A stretch of DNA of 64,000 bases, from assembly GCF_020745735.1 (NCBI RefSeq), contig NC_083446.1, forward strand, positions 4,154,001-4,218,000, written 5' to 3'. The translations under genes and the position numbers were made by a program. The notes beneath the pieces were generated by a model, which worked only from the letters and a program-made list of their open reading frames with translations, ran no database searches and had not been told where the DNA came from. The stretch is from Hemiscyllium ocellatum. Lineage: Eukaryota. Position 1 is the stretch's first letter. The number at the start of each line of letters is the position of its first letter. Positions 61,419 through 64,000 of this stretch are shown here, in pieces.

Positions 61419-62876
61419 GAATGAAGGGAAAGTATCCAATCATCTTGTATTCCCTTGGTTCCCTGTTGAAGTGTCTGTGTGGTCACGAGGGCTTGTCAAC
61501 CGCAGTAACTGTGTCTGCTACTGCGAGCTCCTTGTACCCTACATTATTAACATAGCCTGGCACCTTTCGGTTTCTCCTTGTGAACTTTCAGCCAGTCACC
61601 CAACAAGTAAGGTGTAAAGTCTGTCTGTAACATGGTTGAGGTAGATGCCACCTGGCTGTTTGACAGAGGGCCACAAACCTCCCTGCATTGTGTCAAGTCA
61701 GAACGTTATCAATGTTGTTCCACGTGGCCAACCCTTGACTCACTTCCTCTGAGCTGGAACTCTGCTGTAAATCTAGTCAGCCTTGACGGCAGATTAATTG
61801 GCTGACTAACGCTGGGACATCTGTGGTCTCGGATCAGTAACTAGCATGTAGAAGGAAGTTAGTCTAACTGCTGCACTTGGTTGTGGTATTGAAGGAGGAA
61901 CAGTGCAGTGTTTTCACTGTCCCCTCCAATGGTGCCTCCCACTCAGTACTGATGCCTCTGAATTAGCATCACCATGACATCAATCCTGTCTGGTGCAGAG
62001 TTCTCATAGCTGAGAGGTCCCTCCAGGCTTCAGACAACCAAAAATATATTTTGGCATATTCTGATACACGCACACTGCTCTTAATGCCCTGACTCCAGTA
62101 GCTATCGAATTCATTGCTTAGTGCTTTGCACACTTACTGCTGGCAGCCTGAACTGGCAATGTCCAGCTCAATCTAGGTGTCCTTGTTCATGTGTAATTCA
62201 AAGCTGGTTAGTTAAGTAGTCAGGCAAAGGGTATGTTCGCTGTTATTGCTAAAACATGAGTCCTGAAGTAGAGCTGACTTGGTGCAGTGCCTTGGTGTGA
62301 CTTGGCAAAGTTCTCCTGTGTTCAGTTCCCCACAACCCCCACCCCCCCCTACAATCTGTCAAGTGGGCTGAAGGCCATCCTAAGTAGATCTGTCCCAGCG
62401 AGTGAAGAGCCTTCTGTTTTGGGATCAGTCCACTGCCACTCGTTGCTCTGTCTGTGGTTTGTTCTGCACCAGTGCAGCAAGCAATTAAGGGAATCGTGTG
62501 TTGGCCTGTTATTACAAGAGGCTTTGTGTGCCGGATGAAAGCTGCAGGATTATGGAGTGTTGGTGAGACTGCACTGAGAGTATTGTGTACAGTTACCGAG
62601 AGAAGGATATGCTTGGCTTTCAAGGGAGTGCAGCAGAGCCTCAACAGACAGGTCTCTGGGATGATGGAATTGTCCTGTGGGAGAGGTTTGAACAGACTGT
62701 GCCTCTATTCTCTGAAGTCTAGGGAAATGAGAAGTGATCATATATGAAATTCTAACCAGCCCTCCACAGGATGTCTACGGAATGAATGTTTCCTGATTGC
62801 GAGGCTGTGGCGAATCCCTCCATTTAAGCCATGGTGATTGGATATTCTAATGCTGTTTTCTTCCTGTTTTCTACAG

Positions 62877-63029
62877 CATTTAATCGAGCGTTCCTGGTAC
62901 GCCGTGACTGAGACTTGCTTGGCATTCACCGTCTTCAGGGATGACTTCAGTCCACGCTTTGTGGCCCTCTTCACCCTGCTGCTCTTTCTCAAGTGCTTCC
63001 ACTGGCTAGCTGAGGACAGGGTGGACTTT
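62877..63029 (+). CDS. SYVN1: SYVN1 coding exon 3 (HLIERSWYAVTETCLAFTVFRDDFSPRFVALFTLLLFLKCFHWLAEDRVDF); the gene continues beyond the window
   Basis: Near-invariant HRD1 transmembrane region; ctacag acceptor and gtaagt donor; 153 bp. Confidence 0.97.
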
Positions 63030-63269
63030 GTAAGTGTTTCTGGTGTTTCACACTCCTGGAGTGCTGATGAGTCAAGCATGTACATGCTGTGAAATTCAGG
63101 TTGTGGATGTGCACTAGACTGTCCACCTGGTTCTGTAGCCATCCCCTTCCTGCTGACTCTGTTTCGGGAGAACGGTGGAAAGGTTGAGGGGAGTGGAGAG
63201 GGCGCGGTTGATGATGGGTCTTTGCTGTTAGCAACGCGCTGCCCGAAAGAACATACACTCCGAGCTGGA

Positions 63270-64000
63270 CAGCACAGAAACAGACCCTTCGGCCCAACCC
63301 GTCCATGTCGACCAGATATCCTAACCTAATCCAGTCCCATTTGCCAGCACTTGGCCCATATCCCTCCAAACCCTTCCTATTCATATCCCCATCCAGATGC
63401 CTTTTCTGTGTTGTCATTGTACCAGCCTCCACCACTTCTCTGGCAGTTCATTTTGTACACTTGAAAAGGTCGCTCCTTAGGTCCCTTTTTATATCTTTCC
63501 CCTCTCACCCTAAACTTATACCCTTTTGTTCTGGACTCCCCCACCCCAGAGAAAAGACCTTGTCTGTTTATCCTATCCAAGCCCCTCCATGATTTTATAA
63601 ACCTCTATAAGGTTCTCCCCTCAGCCTCCGACGCTCCAGAGAAAACAGCCCCAGCCTGTTCAGCCTCTCCCTGTACCTCAAATCCTCCAACTCTGGCAAC
63701 ATCCTTGTAATTTTTTCTGAACCCTTTCAAGTTTCACAACATCCTTCTGATTGGAAAGAGACTAGAATTGCACGCAATATTCCAAAAGTGGCCTAGCCAA
63801 TGTCTGTACAGCTGCAACATGACCTCCCAAGTCTTCTTTGCAATACACTGACCAATAAAGCTAAGCGTACAGAATGCCGCCTTCACTATCCTATCTACCT
63901 GCAACTCTACTTTCAAGGGACTATGAATCTGCACGCCAAGGTCTCTTTGTTCAGCAACACTCCCAGGACCTTGCTATTAAAAGTAGAAGTCCTGCTCTGA
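63270..64000 (-). mobile_element. CR1 LINE 3' fragment
   Basis: CR1 3' UTR and RT C-terminal peptides (MDRINRQGLFSGVGESRTKGYKFRVRGE). Confidence 0.88.

Overview
Repeat-rich vertebrate genomic DNA, almost certainly from a shark (HE1-type V-SINEs, CR1 LINEs, Penelope-like elements). Three spliced genes can be reconstructed by hand with GT-AG junctions and consistent reading phase. (1) A fish-type ependymin-like gene on the minus strand: probable TATA promoter near 19.75 kb, five coding exons down to position 179, and a last exon off the left edge. (2) A complete Speedy/RINGO gene on the minus strand (SPDYC-like, about 293 aa, exons from about 50.2 kb to 23.2 kb). (3) The 5' part of SYVN1/HRD1 on the plus strand. 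SPDYC and SYVN1 are head-to-head across a ~1 kb CpG island, which has a tandem array of four RFX X-boxes on the SPDYC side and a perfect ERSE on the SYVN1 side. The most striking non-genic signal is a dense population of short, mostly palindromic Penelope-derived insertions from two clades. They carry minimal hammerhead-ribozyme cores, an unmirrored ~33-37 nt tail and 13-15 bp target-site duplications (TSDs). Also present are solo LTRs with 4-bp TSDs, a 448-bp locally templated insertion, an inverted SINE pair bracketing a SYVN1 exon, and two minisatellites. All calls come from reading the sequence and recalling family features; no searches were run.
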